The notes below the pieces were generated by a model, which did not search any database, was not told the origin of the DNA, and worked only from the letters and a program-made list of their open reading frames with translations. From assembly GCF_009914755.1 (NCBI RefSeq), contig NC_060928.1: a DNA stretch of 64,000 bases; one strand, given 5' to 3'. Of the stretch, positions 1-12,083 are shown piece after piece. How positions within the stretch are numbered: position 1 is the first letter of the stretch; every line of letters begins with the position of its first letter. The translations under genes were made by a program, and so were the position numbers. Source of the stretch: the human T2T-CHM13v2.0 reference genome, Homo sapiens.

Positions 1-530
1 ATCTGGGCAAGGAATTTGACTGTTCTGGGAGCCATATGTAACTTGAGGATGATAATACTTACTCAGAGGAGTGGCTATTAGGATAAAATTACTTACCTCC
101 TGCAATGGGCTAGCATGTGCCTGGCTATAATTAGCATTAGCCCGCTTGGCTTTTGTTGGGCCTGTCTCACAGTGCCACTGAAGTGTAGTATGGGACCACC
201 AGAAATATTGAGTTGTGGGTAAGTGATTTAATAGCGGATGTGCGGTGTGTGTAGAGCTAAATCTATGTTCAAATGGGACATTTCTGAGTCAGTGCTTGAC
301 CTAGTGATTCTGTCAAGTTTTCACTTTCTGAATAGTCTACTCAAGGCATGAAACTCTTGGGTAGATCATGTGGAAGAATTACAGGGAGAAAAAAAACAGG
401 GGGAAAAACCCAAAGAGAACTTTTAAGGTCAATCATATTCAAGGAGGACCATGGTGCCTGGATGGCTGGGAAAGAGCTTTTCCTGGTTCTTGCATGGCCT
501 GCTGGGAGGCTAATTTGCAAGGCTGTCAAG

Positions 531-690
531 TTTTGGAGTTTCACTGGCTTAGGTCAAATCCCACCCAGTTACACTAATTGGATAAATGTAGATGAGTTAT
601 ATAACCTGACTGATTCTCTCCTTTCTCCCCTTTAAAAAGAGGTATACTACTACTAACCTCTTGGCATTGTTAATGTATAAAATGATAAAA
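531..690 (+). mobile_element. MIR SINE fragment
   Basis: Degenerate MIR core 'ggtcaaatcccacccagttacactaattgg...gagttatataacctgactga...aaaatgataa'. Confidence 0.5.
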
Positions 691-854
691 TTCTCTTGCA
701 AATACAGGCAGGTAAGAATACACAGGTGTAACACATCTGTTAACAACCTGAAATCTATTCAAAGAGAAGATGTTTAAAATTTTTTTGAGCTTCGGCTATG
801 CATTTAGTGCACATGAAAAGAAACTGACATTTTTATCTCTGCTTTAAATATCAT

Positions 855-960
855 TTTATTATTTTAACCTTTTAATTTTGAAACAATTATAGACTCACAA
901 GAAAGAAAAAAATAGTACAGAAGAGTCCTATGTAGCACCTATCACCCAGTTTCCCCCCGA
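855..960 (-). mobile_element. Old L1M 3'-end fragment
   Basis: 'taattttgaaacaattatagactcacaagaaa...aaatagtacagaagagtcc...cacccagtttcccc' resembles the reverse complement of an L1MC/ME 3' terminus. Confidence 0.55.
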
Positions 961-1120
961 GAAACAGATTTCTTATGAATAAACATTTTGTGCAGAAACA
1001 GATTTGATTCTTAATTCACTTCCTCTTTCTAAAATTGAGGCAACGTGCTGGGGGAAAAATAAAAGATGGCAAAACCTTACCTAACCTTACCACTTTCTCA
1101 CTGTTTTTGCTATCTAAGGT

Positions 1121-1438
1121 TTCTTTTCCTTTCTTTCTTTCTTTTTTTTTTTCGGGGGCGACGAAGTCTTACTCTGTCACCCAGACTGAGTGCAGTGATG
1201 CTATCATAGGTCACTGCAGCCTTGAACTCCTGGGCTCAAGTGATTCTCCTGCATCAGCCTTCTGAGTAGTTGGGACTGCAGGCACAAGACACTGTACCAG
1301 GCTAACTTTCTTTAGTTTTGTAGAGATGGGATCTCCCTATGTTGACTAGACTGGTCTCAAACTCCTGGGCTCAAGCAATCCTCCCATTTAGGCCTCCTAA
1401 AGTGCTGGGGTTACAGGCGTGAGCCACTACACCCTGTC
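1121..1438 (-). mobile_element. AluJ-type SINE, full length
   Basis: T-rich tail then a dimeric Alu reverse complement; both arms carry J-type 'actcctgggctcaag'; ends 'gagccactacaccctgtcc'. Confidence 0.95.
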
Positions 1439-1747
1439 CTTTTTTGAAATGTTTCCAACAAGACAAATTTAAATGAAGAAAGAAGTCTTTGGTTTGGGTA
1501 AACACCCTGACACTATTCGGTGTTTGGTTTCATCCCTTCAGCTGGTCGTGACTGCCAAGTTCAGGCTCCTGTCAGGCAGCTGGTCTCAGGTGGTATCAAG
1601 GCCTGGAGTAGCACCTTGCAACTTACACAAACATAGACCCTCAAAACACAAAACAGAACTATTGAACACAACCAAAGAAGGGTGTGTTGTTTGTTTTAAA
1701 AATTCCTAGTTCAGAGTGCTATCTCCTGCAATGGATCAAAACCCATG

Positions 1748-1749
<2 letters not shown>

Positions 1750-1784
<35 letters not shown>
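1750..1784. repeat. poly(T) tract (~35 nt)
   Basis: Uninterrupted T run with no adjacent Alu or L1 body. Confidence 0.95.
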
Positions 1785-1790
<6 letters not shown>

Positions 1791-2929
1791 TGTGTGAGTG
1801 GAAACCTGTGTTAATTAGTGCCAGCATCTCTGATTTATTACAGTTTAGCACCTGTTTACATTGGTGCCTTGGGCAGTTTGACTCCAGGCCCTTGAGAGGA
1901 GATCAGCTCACACTAATTGCTGTTCCCTCTCATCTCATAGCCTGTCTCCTTCAGGACACATGCTATGAGCCTCCCCACAATTAGCTGTGATTTCTGTTTC
2001 ACAACGTGCTAAAACTTTTGAAAGTGGAATCTCCATGTGAGCTGAAGTCATGTCCTCTGCTGGATTTCAGACGCGCTGAATTTAAACTGCCATGGTCTAT
2101 GGCATGAGTTAGACAATTTTCATGGCTGCTAAGAAATAACTCCCTGGTCAACACCTCAGTAAATAAACACGGTTGGCATTCAAACACATCTGGTCAAGTC
2201 CGGGAACTATGTTGGGGTGGGAGTGTTCCTACTTTACTCTCTCTAGCAAGGCCCTGCTTCCTGGCCCAACCACCCTGACTAAACCATCCCACAGGACAGA
2301 AGAACCCAACATGGGTAAATCCAGGGCTCAGTATAAGAGCTCATCCGGCAGAGGCAAAGGGGCATTTTGAGGATAACACGGTTTCTGACTTTGTATTGAT
2401 TTCCTAGCCTCGTTTTGTTGCATTCGTGTCTAAGTTCTTTGGAAACCACAGAAGCAGAAGTGGTATGTGAATGTAGAAAGAGCTGTTTTTGAAAATCTCT
2501 GGCATGGTTTCTTTACCTCTCCCAATTCTTCTTTAAAAAAAGATAGAAGTTTATCAATTAATAAATATCCATTAATTACAAATTCATTGCTGAGCTCACA
2601 CTACTTTTCCCCAGAAGGACCTCATGAGGCTAACATTAATTAAGACCTCAATATATGCTATAATTGTGCTAGGCACTTTGCATAAATGCATAATTTAATC
2701 ATTACAATAACGCCTCTGTGTTAGTATCATTATCGCTGTTATACTTTTGACTATACCAGTCTCGGAGTCACCAAGTTCTCACAACACTGGTGAGAGATTC
2801 ATTCATGTCCCACTGTCTCCATGAGTCCCCTTTCAGCTTTGGCACCATAAGGGCTCTCAGAACATTGGTAGCTCTGTTCTACGGAGGCCATGGGAGCAGG
2901 TAGAGGCAGAGGCTACTGTACCTGGTGAA

Positions 2930-3170
2930 AACCAGTAATAAATAAATGTGTAAGAGAAAGTGCAGTGCAACAAAAGAATGAAACAGGATAATGAAATGAA
3001 GAGTGTGGGGTGGGAACTTTATATATGGAGGTCTAAGTCTGCATCTCTGCAGAGGTGAAGTTTGAGCTGAGGTCTAAGTAATGAAAAAGACCCAGCCACG
3101 TGAAGCTCTGGAGGGGAGAGATTTCCAAGTAGAGGAAACCCATGAGAAGTTACAAGGAAGAATTAGCTTT
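2930..3170 (-). mobile_element. L2 LINE fragment
   Basis: 'gaggtgaagtttgagctgaggtctaagtaatgaaaaagacccagccacgtgaagctctggaggggagagatttccaagtagagg' is typical antisense L2. Confidence 0.7.
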
Positions 3171-3394
3171 GGGGGTCTAATATGTATTAATAGGTATTGG
3201 GATATACATATATATAAGTTTTAATATGTATTGGGGTATACATAATATGTATAATATGGGGGTATAATATGTATTAATAAATTACAAACTCCTTGAGGGT
3301 GGCCACAGTTATTTCTCATCTTGGAATCCATTGCAATACTAAGGACCCACCTTGTATCACCCAGCAATAGTTGAACTGAAATGATGATAGTCTA

Positions 3395-3510
3395 ATCCTC
3401 ACATTTTCAAATGAGAAGGTGGAGTCCTAACTAGGTGAAGTGACTGGCCACCAAGGTGAGTAGGGAAAAGAACCAAGACAGAGACGTAAGTTCCAAATCT
3501 TTTTCCAGCT
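3395..3510 (-). mobile_element. MIR fragment
   Basis: 'cctcacattttcaaatgagaaggtggagtcc...ggtgaagtgactggcc'. Confidence 0.55.
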
Positions 3511-4679
3511 CAGCATAGCTATGTTTCTCAATTCTACATTTAAATGGCATCCATTGCTAGCAATTTATCTTGAGCAGAGCCTTGTTTAGACAAATCTGGC
3601 TGGGAGTGTGACATTATCTATAACAGCAAAAAAAAAAAACTGCTTTGGGTTATTTGCCGGATACTTTTCCCCAAGGTTAAAAACACTGTAGTATTTTTAA
3701 ATCATGCTGGCAAAATTATTCCCTGTGCAGAGGCTAAATTGTTTCCAGGGTCTCCAAATTGGCAGGGCAAAGGGCCCCATACCATCTGTCCTCAAACTGG
3801 TTGAATTTAGGCCTTGAAGCAAGAATCAGATTAGGAAAGAAAAAAACAGCATGAAACACCGCCGAGGAATCTCTTGATGAGCTTCTTATTAGTACATGTG
3901 ATTATTAATCTATGGGTGGGACAAGGAGACTCCTAGAATAGAAGATAAGAGAAATGAAGCCAATTTCAACACTTGAAATAAAATTAGATCTTTGACTTTT
4001 TTACAGGGACAGGACTTTTCAACTTTCTCATTCTCTCTCCCTGCCTCTCTCTTTTTAAATGTTTTTTTTTTCTTTTCTTTTCTAGAAAGAATGAGAAAGG
4101 AACCAGAATCACTTCCCTCTCTTTAAGGCAAGTAGAAATAATAATAGCTGGTATAAATAGAGTAACTGATGCTTTTTCCAACATTTTCCTGTACTTTGTT
4201 TTCCTTTATTTGAAGTTTAGTCTACAATGTACAAACTCCTCAGCATAATGTTTTGAGACACAAAGAGGTTAAGTTCCAAGTCGTGCCTGGATCCTACAGC
4301 TCATAAACTACTGGGCAAGGACAGGCTCAGATCTTTAACCCTCAGATCACTTGCCCTTGCCAGTATTTTAACAGAGATATAGCAAAGTTGAAAGTGAGGG
4401 CCGCATTCACAGGCAGCAGTTGGTGATCCCGTGACTCAGGTTCTAAGCCTGAACTTCTTTGCACAGCTTCATGGTCTCCTTGAACGCGAACGCTCTGAGA
4501 CTGGGGTTTTGAGTGGCAACGTGGCTCCCTAATGGTCAGATCCACTCATGGAAAATTCTCAAAATATTTTATGACAGACTAAGATCCTAAGAAGGAGATT
4601 ATACAAATGCAAAATGTGGAGGAAAGAATTCTAAGGCACAATAATGAGAAAACAAGGAAACGTTTTCAAAGTGCATGCT

Positions 4680-4775
4680 ACGTGAGAGTGGGGTTTTGTC
4701 TCACTTGAAATCTAACATGTAGAATATTCTCAGCCACATAGTAGGTGCTCAGTGAATATTAATAAAGGAATGATA
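4680..4775 (+). mobile_element. L2 3' end
   Basis: 'cacatagtaggtgctcagtgaatattaataaaggaatga' terminal motif. Confidence 0.65.
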
Positions 4776-5233
4776 AAACCTCCGTGAGGCTTGGGATTTA
4801 TCTGTATTGTTTATGCTCTCCTCCCAGCACCTACAAGAGCACTTGCTCAGCCTTGTAGATTAGCAGATGGAAAAGAGGAAAAGAAAGGGTTAAACAGACT
4901 TCCCAATTTATGCCATATAATTTGACCATTAAGCCAAACTGGTCCATACTAAGTCTTAGATCAAGGTATGGCTCCTGCATTGAGAGATTGTTTTATGTGG
5001 ATTGAGCATGTATGCTGATCAATCTGGGGACATAATTTTCATGATAGGCTGGTTAGTGTATCTGTAACGCACTTCAGCTGGGGAAGAAGCACTGATTCTG
5101 GGCCATTCGGGAACCAGCTGGACTTGCAAGATAGCTGTTTTATTTGGTTATCCTTGAGCCTTGTATAAGGAGCCTGGTAACAATGAATGTAAAAGGGATT
5201 CTTAGGTGTAAAAGCAATGTGAAGTGATTCTGA

Positions 5234-5705
5234 TGTTGCTGATGGGAGAAAAGACTCTCCTAAAGAAATATGTTGGAGTCTTAACTCCCAGTTACATTAG
5301 AATGTGACCTTATTTGGAAAAAGGGTCTTTGCAGATGTAATCAAGTTAAGATGAAATCACTGGGGTAGTCCTTAGCCAAGATAACTCTCACCCTTAAAAA
5401 AGAAGAGAGCTGTACAGAAAAGAGAACCCCATTTGAAGAAACAGAGACACACAGGGAGAAGACAGCCATGGGAAGACAGAGGCAGATATTGGAGGTATAT
5501 GGCCACAAGCCAAGGAATGCCTAGGGCTGCCAGAAGCTGAAAGGGGCAAGGAAGTGTCCTCCCCTAGATGCTTGGGAGGGAGCACAGCCCTGCCCACACC
5601 TTGATTTAGGACTCTGGCCTCCAGAACCCTGAGAGGACTCACTTCTGTTGTTGTAAACCACCCAGTTGGTGGCACTTGTTCCAGCAGCCCTAAGTGCCTG
5701 ATACA
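5234..5705 (+). mobile_element. MaLR solo LTR, MLT1C-like
   Basis: 'gaatgtgaccttatttggaaaaagggtctttgcagatgtaatcaagttaagatga', 'gccacaagccaaggaatgcc', 'ggcctccagaac', and end 'gcagccctaagtgcctgataca'. Confidence 0.9.
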
Positions 5706-6400
5706 GAGCCATACATTTACAACTCTGATGCATCATTGCTTTGAAAATTCCTATAGAAAAACAACATTTATGCCTGAAGAGTACACATTTCTAGTTCCCT
5801 ATCCCTTTTAATCCACAGTGAAACAATTGTTTTTAATAAATGTGATCTCAAATTAAGGATCTGAGATTTCTTAGGGATGCATATGGACCATAACCATGTG
5901 TTGCAGAGTGAGGAGATCGCAGTTTGAAACCATTTTGCAGCTCCAGTGGCCAGAAATCCTATGAATAGCAGCTATAATTTGTTTAAATAGCACTTGAGAT
6001 AATGCAGTCAAATATTCTAGGCTTTTCAACAAAAAGACTGTCGTATCTTCTGGAGATGGTGTACCAGCTTCTTCAGCGTTTGCTATTGGTGGTGGTAGAG
6101 GCGAGGAAACCATTCCTAGGCCCTGTCCCTAAATCACCCCTGAGGATCCTACAATTGCCACGTCAGTCTTTTCAGCAGCAGAAGCACCAATGACATAAGT
6201 ACAGCCAAATATACCGCCTCTTTTGCTGATTCATACTAGATTCCCAAATTCTATTTAATTTCTATCCGGCCAGGTGGGACCAAGTATGGGCCTTCAGCTT
6301 AGTATTCACACCTTTAGACACCTTGAGCCTGAAGGTAAGGAACAAGGGCACTCACACACAGTGGCTGGGGATGGGCTTAGACCCAGGAACTGTGCATGCA

Positions 6401-6744
6401 CAGTCATGCACTGCCTAAGGCTGTTTTAGTCAATGATGGACTGTATATACAACGAAGGTCCCACAAAGTTATAACACCATAATTTTACTGTACCTTTTTC
6501 ATGTTGGATAAGTTTAGATACACGAATACTATTATGTTGTGATTTCCTACCATATCCAGTGCAGTAACATGCTGTACAGGTTTGTAGCCTAGGAACAATA
6601 AACTATACCATATAATCTAGTTGTGTAGGAGGCTATTGTTTCCTAGGTTTGTGTAAATACACTCTACAATGTTTGCACAACTATGAAATCACCTAACGAT
6701 GCATTTCTTAGAACTCACCCGAGTCACTTAGTGACTCATGACTG
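6401..6744 (+). mobile_element. Tigger3a (MER7A) TcMar-Tigger MITE
   Basis: TIRs CAGTCATG...CATGACTG, TA on the right flank, internal 'ttttactgtacc', 'acatgctgtacaggtttgtagcctagg'; ~345 bp. Confidence 0.9.
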
Positions 6745-6817
6745 TATTATGTTATGGTGGTATATACTACCAACATTTCTCAGGGTGGGCATGATTTCCA
6801 TTTAAAAAGAAGGAGAT

Positions 6818-7412
6818 CATGCAGCATTTGTCCTTCTGTACCTGGCTTATTTCACTTAGCCTTATGTCCTCCAGCTTCACTCATGTTGTTGCAAAGATAG
6901 AATGTTCTTTTCTAACCCTAAATAGTGTTCCATTTATCCATTTATCTGTTGATGGGCAGTCAAGTTATTTCCATATCTTGCCTACTGTGAATAATCATGC
7001 AATGAACTCACGGAAGTAGAGAGTAGCATGGTGATTGACAGAGGCCTGGCAGGGATGGAGGAGTGGACTGGGAAAGGGGAGATATTGATCACAGGATACA
7101 AAGTTTCAGTTAGACAGGAGGAGTCAGTTCTAGTAAGCATGATAACTATAGTTAAGAGTAATGTATTGTATATTTCAAAATTGCTAACAGAATACATTCT
7201 AAATGTTTCCATCACAAAGAAAGGATAAGTATGTGAGTTGATGGATTTGTTAATTTGCATGATTTAATCATTCCACAATGTATACATGTGCCATAACCTC
7301 ACATTGTACTCCTTAAATATATGGACAATTATTATTTAATTGAGAATTATTATTTCTCAATTTATAATTTAGTTGACAATTATTATTTGTCAACTAAAAA
7401 TAAAAAATGAAT
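6818..7412 (+). mobile_element. 5'-truncated, 5'-inverted L1MA-type element (6818-7007 antisense, 7008-7412 sense)
   Basis: Antisense ORF2-end/3'UTR segment joined to a sense 3'UTR with A-rich tail; TSD AAAAAGAAGGAGAT (6804-6817) / AAAAGGAAGGAGAT (7413-7426). Confidence 0.88.
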
Positions 7413-7879
7413 AAAAGGAAGGAGATTGAAGCTGTGAAAGCTTGAATGTTATAAAATCAGAAAGCAGCTGGGTCTGTGCTTTAACTAGCTCATCCCTGGC
7501 CAACTCCAAGCCCTTCCATGCTTCTCCTTTTCTCTCAAGCTAAACTCAGTGGCCCTCTCTGTGCCTGCTTCTCTTTAACCCTGTCCTGGCCCGTCAGGGC
7601 CTCCCAGATCTTATGATAACAGAAGCAAGTTATGAGAAGGGGGATGAAACCCTCTCTTCTGAGTCATATTCTTGGAGTTTGCTTCCATATCCCCACAGCC
7701 TGGTCAAGGTCAGCTTTCCAAGTACATGGTGCACCAGGCTATTTTGTACAGAGGTAAGCATAATGAAGACGGAAGAGGAGAGGCATTTCCAGCTCAGAGT
7801 TTCATTTATTACCCCTATAGAGCATTCAATTCCCCTGCCTTGTCTTTGAGAATCTCATCTTGTCCTCGATCACAATTAG

Positions 7880-8177
<298 letters not shown>

Positions 8178-8339
8178 AGAGCTTCTTATCTAAGTAGATG
8201 GCGTGAGGATGAGGTTGAGTCTGGAATCTGTATCAGATGGGTCTCGTGTGCCACCACAGGTCTTTTTTGGCCTTGCCGTTCTTTGGTCCTAGGTCATCTG
8301 TTTAGACCTAGCTCTGGCTACAGACACACTCAACATGGG

Positions 8340-8846
8340 CTTCATCTGCCCCCTTTGCTGCATCTGCTCCATGTCTACTTTGCAACCTGCCAGCACCCAG
8401 CCTGATGTCTACGCCTTAAGCTTCCTGCTGCAGCACTGAGCAACCCAATTGCTGCTAAGGCATGAGATGCTTTAGGGCTTGCTTGCGGCTCATGCACCAA
8501 CCACACGGCAGTCTAGGGGAGCTGAAACTCTGTGGGTTTTAACATTGGAAGATGTAAGCTGGCAATAAACTCTTTGCCCTTTTGTCCTCCAGAGAAACTC
8601 CTCAGGACACAGTGGGCTGTAAGGGCTGTAGGAGAAGAGCACCACAAGAAAGTGAAATGGAGCACTCCTTGGGCATGATACAAAGCACTCAATAGCCGAA
8701 AGTCTTCTCCTCCTGTTGGCTCTCCTTCCCAGCCTGCCACTTTCCCATTTGCCCTCATTCCAGCCTCCCTAGGATTGCCTTCTCAAATGAAGTAGTCAAT
8801 CATAAATGCTTTAGGTTCTGTTTTCTGGGAAACCCATGTCAAGGCA
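8340..8846 (+). mobile_element. Old ERVL solo LTR, LTR16/LTR33-like
   Basis: 3' end 'ttaggttctgttttctgggaaacccatgtcaaggca' and 'cctccctaggattgccttctcaaatgaa' resemble the LTR16 terminus; 5' boundary uncertain. Confidence 0.5.
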
Positions 8847-8869
8847 AGCTCCCTCTAAGATTGAGTTTA

Positions 8870-9030
8870 CAGTGTTCTCTCTGGATCAATCAGGATATTT
8901 GTTAAAAATGCAGATTCCAGGGCCCTTCCCCAGATCACTGATTAAAATCTTTGGATTTCAAATGCAGGACTGTGCATTCTAAACAAATTCTCCTGGTGAT
9001 TCTTATGCACATTATAGTCTGAGAACATGC
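8870..9030. mobile_element. MER5 (hAT-Charlie) MITE
   Basis: 'ttgttaaaaatgcagattccagggccc...tgcattctaaacaaattctcctggtgattcttatgcac...tgagaac'. Confidence 0.8.
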
Positions 9031-10339
9031 AGTCTAGATAATCAATTTTTGGTGTCCTCTTTCTTGGAACAATTGAAAGATCTCCAGCTATGAATAGCAA
9101 ACCCAACTGTCACCCCTCAACCTTTCTACATTTTCTGCCACAGGTGAATGGTTCCAGACACTCATGATTGCAAAATAAATATTAAAATCCCTTCATAAAA
9201 GTCAGTTGTGCACCTGGACTCAGGGTTACCATGGAGATTCAAGGCAGCAATCTCACTGACACTGGATCCGTGCCTTCTCTCACCCCAAAGTTACCTATGA
9301 GGAATTCCTGAGTTTTACTGTGGTTCATTTAACATCCGGAGTTCAGAGACATGAATACTTGAGCAGGCCGGGGCTTCGTGAGAACTAAAGCAATGTTAGA
9401 AGAGCCCGCATGACTGCCTTAATGAGGAAGACTCTGCTGGAACTGGGGTCAGGGTCTCCAGGAAATTCCAGTCCATCATCTCCCTTGGTGAGCAAAAGAA
9501 GCCACTGGTGGTCCTTGCAAGTAGAAGTGCAATGAAAACAGGATTATGGCGATGGATGACAGTGTGAGAGAGAAAAGAATTATCACCTTCTTCCCCTTTC
9601 CCAAATAATTCATTCTCTAAGTTCAGCAGTCCAACAAGAATGGCTTCTCATGCCAGAGTAGACTCTTCTTGTATTTAGGACGGCCACTGGGTGTGTAGAG
9701 AATAAATTTGCTTTTAATTTTCTGTCTGCTAGCTCCTCCTTGGTGAAGCTGCCTACTGGTTCCCAAACCTAAATTGGCTCTTCACTCTCCTGGGAACATT
9801 GAACTGTAACCAATCCTTCTAAATTTTGATCTACTCATTCGAACAATAGCCACCTTGCCTTTGCTTTTTTGAATTGTGAGAATAAAACGAGGCTCATCAA
9901 AGAATCATGATATATAATATGAATCCAAGAAATTGTAGATACTAATCCTCATCCTCTCCATCATCATGATCATCAAACAGAACCATGAAGACCAGAACAG
10001 GATATATGTCTATGGAAGTGCTGACCGTTTTGTGTTAATTTCTGTAACATAAGTAGGTATGTGGGGGTAAAAGCTGCAATAAGCAGATTGTAGTTCGGAA
10101 TTAAGACCTTTATGAGAGGTGAACATCCATGAACTATTAACTCAGGAGGTGGTTTGTAAATTCCTTGTCTATATAGTCATGTGTCTGTAAATTGGAAGCC
10201 TCTGGTGGTGAGAGTGGTGTCATTGGTGGTGGTGATTTTACACTAGATAACATTAAAGACAATTTTCAAACTAGCAATTATAGGGTTTTATTAAACATTA
10301 TTCTTAATACATTTATAAACATGGTTAAGTTTACAGGAA

Positions 10340-10465
10340 CACTCTGAGGGCAAGGTCCATACTATAGTTGAATCTTTGACCCTTGTACCTGGTGAAATAC
10401 CCATGCCATTATTACGCCCTTAGTAAATGTTAATTGCTAAGTGAGTACATAAATAAATAAATGGG
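10340..10465 (+). mobile_element. L2 3' end
   Basis: 'ctctgagggcaaggtccat...tagtaaatgttaattgctaagtgagt'. Confidence 0.5.
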
Positions 10466-11220
10466 TGACTACTGGAATAATAAAATGTGACAATATATAT
10501 AAAACAGGTTTGTTCATATTTCTGAAAATCTGTGAAGCTAATTTTGTTCTTGGTGCTCTCTGCTTTTTCCTTTCATGCTCAGATCCACCTGTCCCTTCTG
10601 TCTCTTGATAGAGCTCCTTCCAAAATTCTCACATTTCTCAGATATTTTCACCCCCCAACCAAAATCTTCAAGGAAAGGTCAGGGAACATCTTTCAACTTA
10701 AGTAGTGAAAGAGCTCTTGTGAACCCTAATTGCAGCAGTTAGTTTTATGTGTCAACTTGACTGGGCCATGAGGTGCCCAGATATTGGGCCAAACTATATT
10801 CTGGGGATTACTGTGCAGGTGTTTCTGAATGAGATTAACATGTGAGTGAGTAAAGCAGATTGCTCTCCCTGCTGCAGGTGGGTAGGTCTCATCTGATCGA
10901 CTGAACACCTAAACAGAACAAGATGGCTGAGTAGGAGGGAACTCTTTTTGTCATGGCGGCTTGAGTGGGGACATTGGTCTTTTCCAGCCTTCAGACTCAG
11001 ACTTAAAGTTGACTCTTTCTTGGTCTCAAGGGTGCCAACTTTTGAACTAGCACTTACACCATTGGCTTTCCCAGTTTTCATACCTTTGAACACACACTGG
11101 AACTACACGTCAGGTTTCCTGGGTCTCTAGCTTGCTGATGGCAGATCCTGGAACTTTCTCAGCCTCCATGATCGTATGAGCCAATTCCTTACGTTTCTTT
11201 CTCTCTCTCTCTGTCTCTTA

Positions 11221-11445
11221 AACACACACATACACACCACGTATGTGTGTGTATACACACACATACACACCACGTATGTGTGTGTATACACACACATACA
11301 CACCACGTATGTGTGTATACACACACATACACACCACGTATGTGTGTATACACACACACCACATACGTGTATACACACACACCACATACGTGTGTGTATA
11401 CACACACACCACATACGTGTGTGTATACACACACACACACACACA
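11221..11445. repeat. CA/TG minisatellite (~23-33 nt units, about 7 copies)
   Basis: Units 'acacacacatacacaccacgtatgtgtgtgtat' and 'acacacaccacatacgtgtgtgtat', ending in pure (CA)n. Confidence 0.95.
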
Positions 11446-11553
11446 CAGTCATCCTTCCTATTTGTGAGGATTGGATATAAAAACCCATGGATGTTCAAGT
11501 CCCTTACATAAAATGACATTGTATTTGTATATAACCTATGTACATCCTCTCTG

Positions 11554-11594
<41 letters not shown>

Positions 11595-12076
11595 GTTTTT
11601 TTTTTTTTTTCCTGAGACGGTTTTGCTCTTGTTGCCCAGGCTGGAGCACAGTGGCACCATGTCAGCTCACTGAAACTTCCACCTCCCAGGTTCAAGCAAT
11701 TGTCCTGCCTCAGCCTCCAAAGTAGCTGGGATTACAGCTGCCTGCCACCACACCCTGCTAATTTTTGTATTTTTTAGTAGAGATAGGGTTTCACCATGTG
11801 GGCCAGGCTGCTCTTGAACTCCTGACCTCAGATGATCCATCCGCCTCAGCCTCCCAAAGTGCTAGAATTATAGGCATGAGCCACGGCACCCCGCCACTCC
11901 ATATATTTTAAATCAGCTCTAGATTACTTATAATACTTAATACAATATCAATGCTATGTACATAGTTCTTATACTGTATTTTTATTGGTATTATTTTTCA
12001 TTGTTGTACTGTTATTTTCCTCTAATATTTTTTAATCTGTGGTTGGTTGAAACTTGTGGATATAAAGGACTGACTG
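11446..12076 (+). mobile_element. MER2 (Tigger2-derived MITE) split by an Alu
   Basis: TIRs CAGTCATCC / GGACTGACTG; 'catggatgttcaagtcccttacataaaatg...ataacctatgtacatcctc' resumes at 11897 with 'tttaaatcagctctagattacttataatac'. Confidence 0.9.
11596..11895 (-). mobile_element. AluS (Sq/Sp-like)
   Basis: Poly-T plus dimer with 'gctcttgttgcccagg'; preceded by a (CT)n(TA)n microsatellite. Confidence 0.95.
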
Positions 12077-12083
12077 TGTGTGC

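Noticed and set aside
961-1004. GAAACAGATTT repeated twice
   Set aside because: 11-bp repeat in AT-rich DNA with no identifiable insert between the copies.
1750-1784. Long poly(T) as the tail of a minus-strand processed pseudogene
   Set aside because: No convincing TSD, poly(A) signal or recognisable body downstream.
6274-6334. Short exon-like segment ending AAG|GTAAGG, and isolated donor motifs at ~710, 18808 and 26975
   Set aside because: Weak or missing acceptors; expected by chance in 64 kb.
11127-11725. Overlapping His/Thr/Cys/Val-rich ORFs in several frames
   Set aside because: Translation of the CA/TG minisatellite and Alu, which lack stop codons.
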